From: Reclinomonas americana ATCC 50394
Lineage: Eukaryota
Direction: 5' to 3'
Length of the DNA: 64,000 nt
Assembly (NCBI GenBank): GCA_048213135.1
Contig: PS015009.1
Span: 992,001 to 1,056,000 of the forward strand
The translations under genes and the position numbers were made by a program. Position 1 is the stretch's first letter; each line of letters opens with the position of its first letter. Under the pieces are notes generated by a model. The model had not been told where the DNA came from. It ran no database searches and saw only the letters and a program-made list of their open reading frames with translations. Shown here piece by piece: positions 9,058 through 19,498 of the stretch.

Positions 9058-9729
9058 ATGCATTGTAAAACCATTTTATTGTCAGTTGCCATACCGGTAA
9101 TGATGTTACTGGCGCTGTCGTCCTGTAATCCCAACAGCAGCAACCGCAACAATAATGATTCCCTTTCGCAAAAAGTCATCATACAAAAGCCGGGTTACAT
9201 ACCCCCGCTGGCCGCCGACAGCGGTTATACGCCACCCGACCGCTCCCCCATGGACATGAGCTATTTCCCGGCGGATTATCCCATGCAACGGATGAATGGC
9301 GCTGATACCCTACCCCCACTGGCAAGGGTTATTTACAGCCGCCCGCAGAAGAACGGCAGGGAAGTATTTGGCAGTTCCGATAAAAGCCTCTGTCATTATG
9401 GTAAGGAATGGCGGCTGGGTGCCAATGAAGCTACCGAAATCGAATTTTTCAAACCCGTTACCATCAAAGGCAAAAGCCTTCCCGCAGGACGCTATGTACT
9501 GTACTGCATCCCTTATGAAGACAAATGGGTGATGGTTTTTAACAGCGGGCTCTATACCTGGGGGCTGCACATTGACGCTTCTAAAGACATTTTCAGGATA
9601 GAGTTGCCCGTAAAACCAATTTCCCATGCAGTGGAAGTATTTACCATACAGTTTGAACCCACTGGCAGCAACGCCAAACTCGTAATGGCCTGGGACAATG
9701 TACAAACGGAAATGCCCATCAATTTTTAA
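9058..9729 (+). CDS. DUF2911 lipoprotein (paralog)
   Basis: Lipobox LSSC; RSP...YSRPQKNGRE...WRLGANEAT. Confidence 0.88.
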   Translation: MHCKTILLSVAIPVMMLLALSSCNPNSSNRNNNDSLSQKVIIQKPGYIPPLAADSGYTPPDRSPMDMSYFPADYPMQRMNGADTLPPLARVIYSRPQKNGREVFGSSDKSLCHYGKEWRLGANEATEIEFFKPVTIKGKSLPAGRYVLYCIPYEDKWVMVFNSGLYTWGLHIDASKDIFRIELPVKPISHAVEVFTIQFEPTGSNAKLVMAWDNVQTEMPINF

Positions 9730-9767
9730 GTCTTTCGCTTTCCCTGTTTTTTGTTGATATTTACATC

Positions 9768-11628
9768 ATGTGCGGAATCGCAGGTATACTGTCTGGTAAA
9801 CAACATACCACATCACTCGCTTATTTGAGAAAAATGACCGGCGCCATTGCTCACCGTGGCCCGGATGGAGAAGCGCATTGGACTAACGGAAACGGCAACG
9901 TGCTGCTCGGTCATCGCCGCCTTGCTATTATCGACACCAGCGCTGCCGGGGCACAACCTATGCATTACCTGCAACGCTATACCATTGTACACAACGGTGA
10001 GATCTATAACTACACTGAACTCAAACAGTTACTGCAACAAAAAGGATATGTGTTCCAGTCGCGGTCAGATACAGAAGTGATCCTAGCTGCTTACGATTGC
10101 TGGAAAGAAAAATGTGTTCAGCAATTCGATGGCATGTTCGCATTCGCCATTTGGGATGAAAGAGAAGAGACCCTTTTTGCTGCCAGGGACCGCTTCGGCG
10201 AAAAGCCATTTTATTATTATGACGATGGTGAGCACTTTATCTTCGCCAGCGAAATGAAAGCCCTTTGGGCCGTAGGGGTGGAAAAAGAGATTGACCAGAA
10301 GATGCTGCTGAACTACATCACCCTGGGACAGGTACAGAACCCTACCGATACAGAACAAACCTTCTTTCAATCCATATATTCTCTTCCCGCAGCGCATTAC
10401 CTCCAGTTTACACCTTCCGATTTCAGAACCCGTTACCAGCGTTACTGGCGGCTGAACAAAGAGGCCAGGATAGATATCAGTGCCGATGATGCCATCAGTC
10501 GCTTTCAGCAGCTTTTTACGGAATCGGTGAAAAGAAGATTAAGGAGCGACGTACCTGTGGGCGGCAGCATCAGCGGCGGGCTCGACAGCAGTTCGATTAT
10601 GGCCGCCATCAACAGCATAGGGGGCAATACTAAAAAACAAGTGGCCGGTTTCTCAGCCGTATTCCCTGGTTTTGAAAAAGATGAATCTGCTTATATAGAT
10701 ATGGTTTGCCGCCAGTTCAATATCAGCAGTCATCGTGTTGAACCCACAGCAGAAGGACTGGTGCAGGATTTCGAACGCCTCTGCTATCACCAGGAAGAAC
10801 CTTTTCAATCGTCGAGCGTATATGCACAGTTTAAAGTATTCGAACTGGCGGGCACGCAGGGCATTAAAGTACTCCTCGATGGCCAGGGCGCCGATGAATT
10901 ACTGGCCGGCTACCCCCGTTACATACACTGGTACCTGCAGGAAGTGCTGAGCCGGCATAAGCTGGGTGCCACGCAAAAAGAGAAAAGGGCTTTGCAGAAA
11001 AACGGGCAACCTTTTCGCTGGGGTATAAAAAATCACCTGGCGGCTTTTCTTCCCTCGCATGCTGCCATGCAGCTGGAAAGAAATGATTATGAAAGAACGA
11101 TCAGCCACCCCGATATTAGTCCCGAATTCCAGCACCTGGTAAAAGGCCACGAATGGGAAGGCATCCACAAACCCATTGTTACCAAGCTCAACGATATCCT
11201 TCATTTTAATATTACCGAACTGGGACTGGAAGAACTGCTCCGTTTTGCCGACCGCAACAGTATGGCGCATGGCCGCGAAGTGAGGCTGCCTTTCCTGGGT
11301 CATGAACTTGCCGAATTCATTTTTTCTCTCCCGTCATCGCTCAAAATACATGAAGGTTTTACCAAGTGGCTGCTGCGCAAGGCTATGGACAAACAACTGC
11401 CCGATGCCATCACCTGGCGCACCGATAAAGTAGGTTATGAGCCCCCGCAAAAAAAAATGGATGGAAGACCCCTTGCTTGTTGATTATATACACGAAGCCC
11501 GAAAAAAACTGGTGAACGCCCACATCCTTAAGCCCACGGTTATGCACAAAGGCATCCAGTCCTCCCCTGCCCATACGGCGGATAATTACGACTGGCGGTA
11601 TATGTGTGCCGCACAGATCATTGGGTAA
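9768..11628 (+). CDS. asnB: Asparagine synthase (glutamine-hydrolysing) family amidotransferase; frameshift in A9 run at 11449-11457
   Basis: MCGIAG, HRGPDG, HRRLAIID, HNGEIYNY, RDRFGEKP, SGGLDSS, DGQGADE. The C-terminus continues in another frame (KKWMED...AAQIIG, to 11628) if one A is removed. Confidence 0.85.
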
Positions 11629-11732
11629 TCCGCTACGCCATACATTAATCTTTACTTTAAGATTTTTACTTCCCGTTAATTTCCTCACCTTTGTCCTGCA
11701 TTATTATTACGATTGCTAAAAAACGATAAGAG

Positions 11733-12872
11733 ATGAAACTTGCCACACGGATCATTCACGCGGGAGCCGAACCCGACCCTTCTACCGGCGCTATTATGAC
11801 GCCCATTTTTCAAACGTCTACTTATGTGCAGGAAGCACCCGGCAAAAACAAAGGTTATGAATATGCCCGTTCGCAGAATCCGACACGTAAAGCGCTGGAA
11901 GACGCACTGGCTGTTATTGAAAATGGCAAACATGCACTCGCCTTTAGTAGTGGTGTTGCCGCAACGGATGCGGTGATCAAATTACTGAACCCCGGCGATG
12001 AAGTGATCGCCGCCAACGATATGTATGGTGGTACTTACCGCCTGTTCACCAAAGTATTTGAAAAGTTCGGCATCAAATTTATTTATGTAGACACAACAAA
12101 TACTGCCAATGTGGAAGCCGCCGTTACCGCCAATACCAAACTGGTGTGGATTGAAACGCCTACCAACCCGCTGATGAACATTACCGATATTGCCGCCATT
12201 GCCGCCATCAGTAAAAAAGCGGGCGCTTTGCTTTGCGTAGACAATACCTTTGCCTCTCCTTACCTGCAAAACCCGCTCGACCTGGGGGCCGACATCGTAA
12301 TGCACTCCGCCACCAAGTACCTGGGTGGTCATAGCGATGTGATACAGGGCTGCCTGGTGATGAACGATACCGACCTCCGTGAAAAATTATATTTCCTGCA
12401 AAAAAGTTGCGGTGCTGTTCCCGGCCCTATGGATTGTTTCCTGGTACTGCGTGGTATTAAGACCCTGCACGTGCGCATGAAACAACATTGTGCCAATGGC
12501 GCCGTGATCGCCGAATTCCTGCGCAATCATCCCAAAGTGGATAAAGTATACTGGTGTGGTTTTACCGATCATCCCAACTATGATATCGCCCGCAAACAGA
12601 TGCGTGATTTTGGCGGCATGATGAGCTTTACTTTGAAAGACAACAGTGCCGAAGCTGCTATGAAGGTATTGTCAGGCACCAAACTGTTTTCCCTGGCAGA
12701 AAGCCTGGGCGGCGTGGAGTCGCTGATCAATCACCCGGCCAGTATGACCCACGCAAGCATACCAAGGGAAGAAAGGATCAAGAATGGTCTTACCGATGGC
12801 CTCATCCGCCTGAGCGTGGGCATTGAGGATGCAGAGGACCTGGTAAAAGATCTTGAACAGGCAATCGGGTAA
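11733..12872 (+). CDS. Cystathionine gamma-synthase/lyase (PLP trans-sulfuration enzyme)
   Basis: PIFQTSTY, YARSQNPTR, ETPTNP, VDNTFASP, HSATKYLGGHSD, AESLGGVESL, IRLSVGIED. Confidence 0.93.
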   Translation: MKLATRIIHAGAEPDPSTGAIMTPIFQTSTYVQEAPGKNKGYEYARSQNPTRKALEDALAVIENGKHALAFSSGVAATDAVIKLLNPGDEVIAANDMYGGTYRLFTKVFEKFGIKFIYVDTTNTANVEAAVTANTKLVWIETPTNPLMNITDIAAIAAISKKAGALLCVDNTFASPYLQNPLDLGADIVMHSATKYLGGHSDVIQGCLVMNDTDLREKLYFLQKSCGAVPGPMDCFLVLRGIKTLHVRMKQHCANGAVIAEFLRNHPKVDKVYWCGFTDHPNYDIARKQMRDFGGMMSFTLKDNSAEAAMKVLSGTKLFSLAESLGGVESLINHPASMTHASIPREERIKNGLTDGLIRLSVGIEDAEDLVKDLEQAIG

Positions 12873-12875
12873 TTC

Positions 12876-13946
12876 ATGAAAAATATATTTCGTTTCGCCG
12901 TTACTGCAATGCTGGGCTGCAGCGTTGTATCCTGCCAGGCACAACCTGCCACGCTGGAAACATTCATCCAGCAAAAAGGAGACAGCCTCCTGCAAAAGGA
13001 GCAGTTGCCCGGGTTGTTTGCAGGTGTTCTTAATAATGGCCAACGATCTTATTATCATTTCGGTTATGCCAACCCCGATAAAAAACTGGCATTCGATGAG
13101 AACACCCTCTTCGAAATCGGCAGCATCACCAAAACCTTTACCGCGTTTGTACTGGAATCGGTGTTAAGAGATAAAGGCATTGGCGACAGCAGCAGCATCC
13201 TGCCTTACCTGCCCGACTCCGTGCAAAAAAACAAGGCGCTGAAAAAGATCAGTTTTCTTTCACTGATGAACCATACATCAGGTTTACCCAGGCTGCCGGA
13301 GAATATGAGTCTTGACGGCACCCTGTCTCCCTACGATCATTATACCATTAAAGACCTGTACAGTTACCTGTCAACCGCTGTTCCAAAACCCAACGGCAAA
13401 AGCAACTATTCCAACCTGGGCGCAGGACTGGCGGGTGTGCTGGCCGCGTCGCTCACCGGTAAAAGTTATGCAACCCTGCTGGATGAATACATCTTTCTTC
13501 CGTTCAGCATGGTAACGCCTGATAAAGCGATCTCCAATGCCGGTGAAAATAAAAGCCAGGGATTTTTTGGCGAACAAGAGGTGCCGTACTGGAATATGGA
13601 TGTGCTTGTTCCCGCAGGTGGTTTAAAATGCAGCGGTAAAGAGATGCTGCAATACCTTTCTGTAATGATGAAGCCCAACAGCAAGCCTGCCGAAAAGATC
13701 ATTGACGGACTGCTTGAACCTACCGTGTCCATCAACGCCAGGGTAAAGGTGGGCCGCGGCTGGCATATGATCGAAGAAAAAGACAAACCTGTTATTTACT
13801 GGCACAATGGCGGCACTTATGGCTTTTCCACTTTTGCCGCTTTCACCAAAACCGGCAAGGCCGTTATCATTGCCGTGAACCGCTTCAACAGCAACGCGGC
13901 GTCTGACTGGCTCGGCGTCACCATCATGAAAAAATTGATGGAATAA
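12876..13946 (+). CDS. Serine hydrolase, beta-lactamase class C/AmpH-like, exported
   Basis: FEIGSITK (SxxK), HTSGLP, YSN, WHNGGTYGF. Confidence 0.88.
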   Translation: MKNIFRFAVTAMLGCSVVSCQAQPATLETFIQQKGDSLLQKEQLPGLFAGVLNNGQRSYYHFGYANPDKKLAFDENTLFEIGSITKTFTAFVLESVLRDKGIGDSSSILPYLPDSVQKNKALKKISFLSLMNHTSGLPRLPENMSLDGTLSPYDHYTIKDLYSYLSTAVPKPNGKSNYSNLGAGLAGVLAASLTGKSYATLLDEYIFLPFSMVTPDKAISNAGENKSQGFFGEQEVPYWNMDVLVPAGGLKCSGKEMLQYLSVMMKPNSKPAEKIIDGLLEPTVSINARVKVGRGWHMIEEKDKPVIYWHNGGTYGFSTFAAFTKTGKAVIIAVNRFNSNAASDWLGVTIMKKLME

Positions 13947-13986
13947 CCCGGGAGCAGGAAGTGATCTGTAACTTTGCCTTCACATC

Positions 13987-14763
13987 ATGAAACCAGGCAT
14001 CTCCTTAGCGCAATTCCTCGACAGTAAAGTTGAACAATACAATCAGCCTTCTTTTATTGCAGCGGACCCCGTTTGCATCCCGCATCAATTCACAAAAAAG
14101 CAGGACATAGAGATATCCGGGCTTTTTGCCGCGGTATTCGCCTGGGGCAACCGTACCACCATCATTGCCAAAAGCCGCGAGCTGATGCAATTGATGGATG
14201 ATGCCCCGCATGATTTTTGCTTGAACAGCAGACCAGCGGATCTGAAAAAATTATTGTCGTTCAAACACCGTACGTTCAACAGTACCGACCTGTTGTATTT
14301 TATTGAATTCCTTCACTATCACTATACACAGCACGATTCGCTGGAAACCGCTTTTACCAGGTGGATGGGGAAGCGCGACATTACAGTGGAACATGGCCTC
14401 AACGGTTTTTACAATCACTTTTTTTCTTTGCCAGATGTTCCCCTGCGTTCACGCAAACACATTGCGTCGCCGGAAAAAAAATCATCCTGCAAAAGACTCA
14501 ATATGTTCCTCCGGTGGATGGTGCGGCATGATGATAAGGGCGTTGATTTCGGTATCTGGCGAAACATCAGCCCGGCACAACTGGTATGTCCGCTTGATGT
14601 ACACGTAGCCCGCGTAGCCAAACGTTTTGGATTACTGCAACGAACGCCCACCGACTGGCAGGCTGCGCTGGAACTTACCGAATACCTGCGCAGCCTCGAT
14701 CCTGAAGACCCGGTGAAATATGATTTCGCTCTTTTCGGACTGGGTGTTATGGAAAAGTTCTGA
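13987..14763 (+). CDS. TIGR02757/DUF2400 family protein
   Basis: FAWGNR, KRLNMFLRWMVR, VDFGIW, PLDVHV, DPEDPVKYDFALFGLG; TAACTTTG box at 13969-13976. Confidence 0.92.
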   Translation: MKPGISLAQFLDSKVEQYNQPSFIAADPVCIPHQFTKKQDIEISGLFAAVFAWGNRTTIIAKSRELMQLMDDAPHDFCLNSRPADLKKLLSFKHRTFNSTDLLYFIEFLHYHYTQHDSLETAFTRWMGKRDITVEHGLNGFYNHFFSLPDVPLRSRKHIASPEKKSSCKRLNMFLRWMVRHDDKGVDFGIWRNISPAQLVCPLDVHVARVAKRFGLLQRTPTDWQAALELTEYLRSLDPEDPVKYDFALFGLGVMEKF

Positions 14764-14879
14764 TGTACCAAAACGGAAAGGCTCCTGGAAAGGAGCCCGG
14801 CCGGAGAACTAAAACTATGGTTTCCGGAACGCCACTACCAAACCTTCAGGCGTTCTGCGGAAAACCGCTATGAGAAAAC

Positions 14880-17693
14880 TCAGAATAAGAATAGTCTTTC
14901 CCTGCCGCCAACTTTTCTTTTGGCGCTGCCATACGGACGTACATTATACGTAAGCGTTGCCATAAAATATTGTTCCAGCGTATTGGTCTGGCTGGTGGTC
15001 AGCATATTCCTGTTTACATAAGCATAAACGTTGTTGTTGGTTTTAAGAATGTCGAACACCGACAGTTTCAGCACCAGCGCTTCGCTCTTCAGCATGGTAA
15101 AATTTACCGCCGCATTCCAGCGTACTACATCTTTAGGCAACCCATTACCAATACTGCTGTTGTAAGTATAATTAAGCTGCGATTCCCAGATCACACGTTT
15201 GGGCCAGCGGAATACTACTTCATTATCCCACCAGGTATACCGTACATTGATCTTTTTGAAATAATCACTTGTGTAACGGGTAAAGTTGGTGCCCGGGCTC
15301 AGCGTGGTGCTCCACTCCAGCTTGTCGTTGAAGTTGAGATTAATGCCCAGCCAGCCGTTGAAGTTAACCGTGGTTTGCAGGCTGCTCACATCATTGAACA
15401 ATAGTTTATTCCTGTTGTAATTGAAATTGCCGCCCAGGTTCCAGGAGAAAGTAAACTTCTGTTTGTTCTTGTACTGTTTATTGATGTTGAAGTTCACGTA
15501 AAAATTCCGGCTGCCATCCGCGTTCACGGGCATGCTGGTTTGTACGCCCTTGTCGTCCACTTTTATGCTTTGCACCACGTCATTGTTTGTAAAAGAGCCA
15601 CTTACATAAGCGTTGGCGTTAAAGTTGGCCTTGGTGTTGTTGTAAAAATAATTCAGCGACAGGTTGTTCCTTTCCATCGGGAGCAGGTTAGCATTACCCT
15701 TGGTGATGAAGTAAGGATTGGTGTTGTCGGTTACCGGTATCAGGTTACTGAAAGACGGCAGGGCGATGTCTTTGTTATAATTAATGTTAAGCGTTTTGTA
15801 AGCGAAGCTGAAAGACGGCAGCAAGTTGCTCTGGCGCTGGCGTATGGGGTTTGGGAGAGACGCCAGGTTGTTGTTAACATCCTGCACCAGTACTCTTAAC
15901 CCGGGTGTGATGGTGATGTTTTTCCATTTGAACTCCAGCCCCGCTGTTCCGGAATAACGGTTGCTGAACCTTTTAAAGCGGCTGCTCAGTGAATCGTTGA
16001 ACAGTTCATATTTACCGGTGCCCGCGTCTTTATTGAAGGTATTCACGGTATTGTACAACTGGCTGTATTCGTACCTGCCGCCTGCACGAACGGTGAAGTA
16101 TTTGTTCAGGGGTTCGCTGTAGTTGAACATAACGTAAAGATCAGTCCTGGGTATTCTTTCAATACGCAACTGGTCATAAAGGCTGTCGTACTGCACCGGG
16201 TTGTAGAAACGTATCGCAGATTCGGTACTGTAATCGTTGAAACGGTTGTTCACATCCAGGCCCTGGTTAAAATTGAAACGCCTTCCTTTCTTTTTCTTCG
16301 ACAGGCGGGTAAGACTGATGTTGTGCCTGTAGTAATAGGTATTGGCAGGATTGTTCTGGAATATATTACCATCGCTTAGCTGACCCTGTTTGTTGGTCAT
16401 GCTGCTGACATCGCTGATGCGTTGTTCATCCTGCTTGCCAATGGTATAGTTGGCATTCACCAGTAAGTTGGTCACACTGTCCGGTTTCAGGCGAAGACCT
16501 ATACCAATATTATGCGCATTGGTAACTACACCTCCTGTAAGTGTGGTATTGTTATTAATGACTGTATCCCCTTTATACTGGTTGACATCCGTAATATTGG
16601 TACGATCTACATTGATATTACCGCGGAAATACTGGAGATAGAAAGAGCGTTTGGTGTTAGGCGTATGATTAATGTTGATGCCGGCGCCTTTGCTGGTGGT
16701 TACACCACCATAACTCTGCATACCGCCGAAGTTGACACCATTGATGGATATGCCGCTTCCGTTGGGATTATTCCAAACGCTTGTGCTGTTGGTATTGCTG
16801 TTGTTGCGGTTGCGCTGTAAACCACCGGCCTGCATCAGTTCGGCATAACTGAAGCCGGGTTTATTCATATTGTTGAGGTAACCCAGTACACTCACCTGAA
16901 GGGTATCGCGGTAAATATTGGCAATACCTCCGGCTTCGTACAGGTTTTGCGTACCGCCGCCGGCATAGAGTTTACCGAACCAGCCTTTTTTTACGCCTTT
17001 CTTCAGGGTAATATTGACTACCTTACCTACGTTATTGGGATTGTCGTCGCCATTGCGCATCATTTCTTCTTTATCATCGGTTACCTGCACTTTGTCGATC
17101 ACGTTGGCGGGCAGGTTGCGGGTGGCCATTTTGGGATCATCCCCGAAAAAAGTTTTACCATCAACGAGTATCCTGTTCACGGGTTTGCCATTTACGAGGA
17201 TGTTTCCTTCTTTATCTACCTGTACACCGGGCAGTTTTTTGAGCAGGTCTTCCACCAGGGCGTTGGGTAATGTTTTAAAAGCCGACGCGTTGAACTCCAC
17301 GGTATCTTTCTTAATTACTACCGGCGGGCGTTCGGCGAATACGATCACTTCATCCAGCGATTTGGAAACCGGTGCCATGGGAATGGTACCCAGGTCGAGG
17401 ACAGGATTATCGGCGGCAAGTGTAAATTCTTTGCGGAACACGCCGTAACCGGAGAAAGAAACCACCACACGGCAGGCGATGCCGGATGGAAGTCCGGGTA
17501 CTTTAAATTCCCCTTCGGGTGTGCTTAAACGATAAGTGATGATGCTGGTGTCTGCAGCTTTAAATACGGTAACTGTGGCGAGGGCGACAGGAGTTTTGGC
17601 GGCAGAGTCGACGAGTTTCCCTTTGATCGTCCCCTGCGCTGCTGCGGTATGGATACAGATCCCCAGCAGCAGATACATCAAGATTTGCTTCAT
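14880..17693 (-). CDS. Outer-membrane beta-barrel protein (carboxypeptidase-regulatory-like N-domain, TonB-receptor-like)
   Basis: Signal peptide; KKDTVEFNASAFKT..NALVEDLLKKLPGVQVD; FFGDDPKMATRNLPA; C-terminal barrel strands. Confidence 0.88.
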   Translation of the reverse strand: MKQILMYLLLGICIHTAAAQGTIKGKLVDSAAKTPVALATVTVFKAADTSIITYRLSTPEGEFKVPGLPSGIACRVVVSFSGYGVFRKEFTLAADNPVLDLGTIPMAPVSKSLDEVIVFAERPPVVIKKDTVEFNASAFKTLPNALVEDLLKKLPGVQVDKEGNILVNGKPVNRILVDGKTFFGDDPKMATRNLPANVIDKVQVTDDKEEMMRNGDDNPNNVGKVVNITLKKGVKKGWFGKLYAGGGTQNLYEAGGIANIYRDTLQVSVLGYLNNMNKPGFSYAELMQAGGLQRNRNNSNTNSTSVWNNPNGSGISINGVNFGGMQSYGGVTTSKGAGININHTPNTKRSFYLQYFRGNINVDRTNITDVNQYKGDTVINNNTTLTGGVVTNAHNIGIGLRLKPDSVTNLLVNANYTIGKQDEQRISDVSSMTNKQGQLSDGNIFQNNPANTYYYRHNISLTRLSKKKKGRRFNFNQGLDVNNRFNDYSTESAIRFYNPVQYDSLYDQLRIERIPRTDLYVMFNYSEPLNKYFTVRAGGRYEYSQLYNTVNTFNKDAGTGKYELFNDSLSSRFKRFSNRYSGTAGLEFKWKNITITPGLRVLVQDVNNNLASLPNPIRQRQSNLLPSFSFAYKTLNINYNKDIALPSFSNLIPVTDNTNPYFITKGNANLLPMERNNLSLNYFYNNTKANFNANAYVSGSFTNNDVVQSIKVDDKGVQTSMPVNADGSRNFYVNFNINKQYKNKQKFTFSWNLGGNFNYNRNKLLFNDVSSLQTTVNFNGWLGINLNFNDKLEWSTTLSPGTNFTRYTSDYFKKINVRYTWWDNEVVFRWPKRVIWESQLNYTYNSSIGNGLPKDVVRWNAAVNFTMLKSEALVLKLSVFDILKTNNNVYAYVNRNMLTTSQTNTLEQYFMATLTYNVRPYGSAKRKVGGRERLFLF

Positions 17694-17809
17694 GAACAAT
17701 TGTTTTAAATGGCTACTTTATAAATGCGAAAGTCAAAATTAAAAACGCAAAAAGGCTATACTGTAATACCTTCTCGTCTTTACTTTTCCTTTTGAATTTT
17801 ACTTTTTAC

Positions 17810-19489
17810 TTACCTGAGATCCACCACACAGTTATTACAATCCAATTGCAGTTTTGTATGCAGCGCACCCAGGTTGCCCGCTGTTGCGGTAAATGTTTTT
17901 CCGGAGTTCAGTGGCGGCAAAATTTTTCCTGTTCCCAGCGAGTCGGGCCGGCCCAGTACACGACTATTGATGCCGTCAAAACTCATGCTGTAGTTGGTCA
18001 GTTTGGCCAGGGGCAATTTTACATCAGCGTATTTATTACTGATGTCAACCAGTTGGGTGTTTACCCCAAAATTACTTACGCTGATGTCAGCGCTTGTTCC
18101 TTTCAGCACCATGTCTGTCGCCAGGTACTGGATATTCAGTTGCCCGAATGTTTTATATCCTTCCAGGTTATTCACCTGGTTTACTTCATACTTATCGCTC
18201 AGGCTTTTCATGTCGATTTTTCCCGCGCTGACCACATTCATTCTGGAATACTTTGAATCCACTTTCAGGTTATCAATACTGGCGCAATCAAACTTACCAT
18301 TCGTCATCTGTACATTACCACGGGTAATATTACCCGCCATTATTTTTCCATAATTGCTCCTGATCACCGCGTTGGTGGCATCCTTCATCACCAGCTTACC
18401 ATTGTTGATGTCTACACTGAGGTCGTTCATGTTATTACCCAGCGTCACGTCTGAATAGCGGCTCACCATTTGTATGGGTACATCTTTCGGCAAATCAATA
18501 TGCAATACTTTCCTGCCCACTTTTAACTTCGGTTCCTTAGCACTGTCGGCCTGCACCGTTAGTGTGTAGGTTCCCGACATGGTATAAGTTGCCGACATGG
18601 TCATTCTTTTTACCGCGGTCACATTGGCATTGATCACCATGCCGCTGTCGGTTTCTTCTACGTTCGTTTTCAATTTGCTGAACCATGCCGCATCCGACAT
18701 GGTCTCCTTTTCGTTTTCATACACCATAGTGGCCAGCTTTATCTTTCGGGAATCGCCGGTCCTCACGATCACGTCCTGGTAATTATTATTGATGTATATT
18801 TTTTTAATATTTTTCGCCGGCACTTCCATCACCACTTCCCTTTCTTTCAGTTTACGGTATACAGAATCTCGTTGCTGTTTGTAGATTTTCATCCTCAGTG
18901 AATCCTGTACAATCCGGAATTTCAACTCTTTTACTTTTAAAGAGTCCAGTTTCCTGAAAGTCTCGAAGTTTTGCTTCCTGTATATGGAATCTTTCCTCAC
19001 TTTGTAGGTCCGCATCACCTTGCGGTAGCTGCTGTCATGGTATTTTTTCATCAGCGAATCGTGCCCGCTGTAAGCTTTGAACAGGTGCGTTTTCCTGTAG
19101 GCGGTATCGTGATAACGTTTGTACACCCGCATGGAATCATACACCTGGCGCATTTTCCGGTCATACACTTTACGGGCCGAGTCGTGTGATGTGTAAGCTT
19201 TTTTCATGGCCGTCCTGTAAGTACTGTCGTGGTAACGTTTATACGCTTTCAGGGAATCGCTGTGCTTGTACATGTCATACGCATACTTGCGCCTTGCAGA
19301 ATCGTACCTGTCCCATATGATCTTCCTGGGAACACTGTCATATTTTACTTTCTCCTGTTTGATGGAAAATTTCTGATCCTTCTCCTCGATCTTCATGATG
19401 ATCACGCTGTCGGTCTTCTGGGCCCTCGTGCCGGCGAATACCAGCAGGAGCATAGCCAAAGAGACAAGCCTTTTCACTATATGTTGCAT
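17810..19489 (-). CDS. Exported protein with basic D-S/T repeat region and C-terminal beta-strand repeat (adhesin/DUF4097-like) domain
   Basis: Signal peptide; 14 D-S/T-X repeats in aa 29-212; SRYSDV/SNYGKI/SKYSRM/NKYADV repeats at the C-terminus; directly downstream of the ECF/anti-sigma pair. Confidence 0.7.
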   Translation of the reverse strand: MQHIVKRLVSLAMLLLVFAGTRAQKTDSVIIMKIEEKDQKFSIKQEKVKYDSVPRKIIWDRYDSARRKYAYDMYKHSDSLKAYKRYHDSTYRTAMKKAYTSHDSARKVYDRKMRQVYDSMRVYKRYHDTAYRKTHLFKAYSGHDSLMKKYHDSSYRKVMRTYKVRKDSIYRKQNFETFRKLDSLKVKELKFRIVQDSLRMKIYKQQRDSVYRKLKEREVVMEVPAKNIKKIYINNNYQDVIVRTGDSRKIKLATMVYENEKETMSDAAWFSKLKTNVEETDSGMVINANVTAVKRMTMSATYTMSGTYTLTVQADSAKEPKLKVGRKVLHIDLPKDVPIQMVSRYSDVTLGNNMNDLSVDINNGKLVMKDATNAVIRSNYGKIMAGNITRGNVQMTNGKFDCASIDNLKVDSKYSRMNVVSAGKIDMKSLSDKYEVNQVNNLEGYKTFGQLNIQYLATDMVLKGTSADISVSNFGVNTQLVDISNKYADVKLPLAKLTNYSMSFDGINSRVLGRPDSLGTGKILPPLNSGKTFTATAGNLGALHTKLQLDCNNCVVDLR

Positions 19490-19498
19490 ACACAATAA

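Noticed and set aside
9768-11628. AsnB homolog as a lasso-peptide cyclase
   Set aside because: It retains the N-terminal catalytic Cys glutaminase domain (MCGIAG), and there is no precursor, B protein or PqqD-like gene nearby
12876-13946. Bona fide AmpC resistance gene
   Set aside because: SxxK/YxN/HxG motifs are shared by many esterases and peptidases; it has HNG rather than KTG and no resistance context
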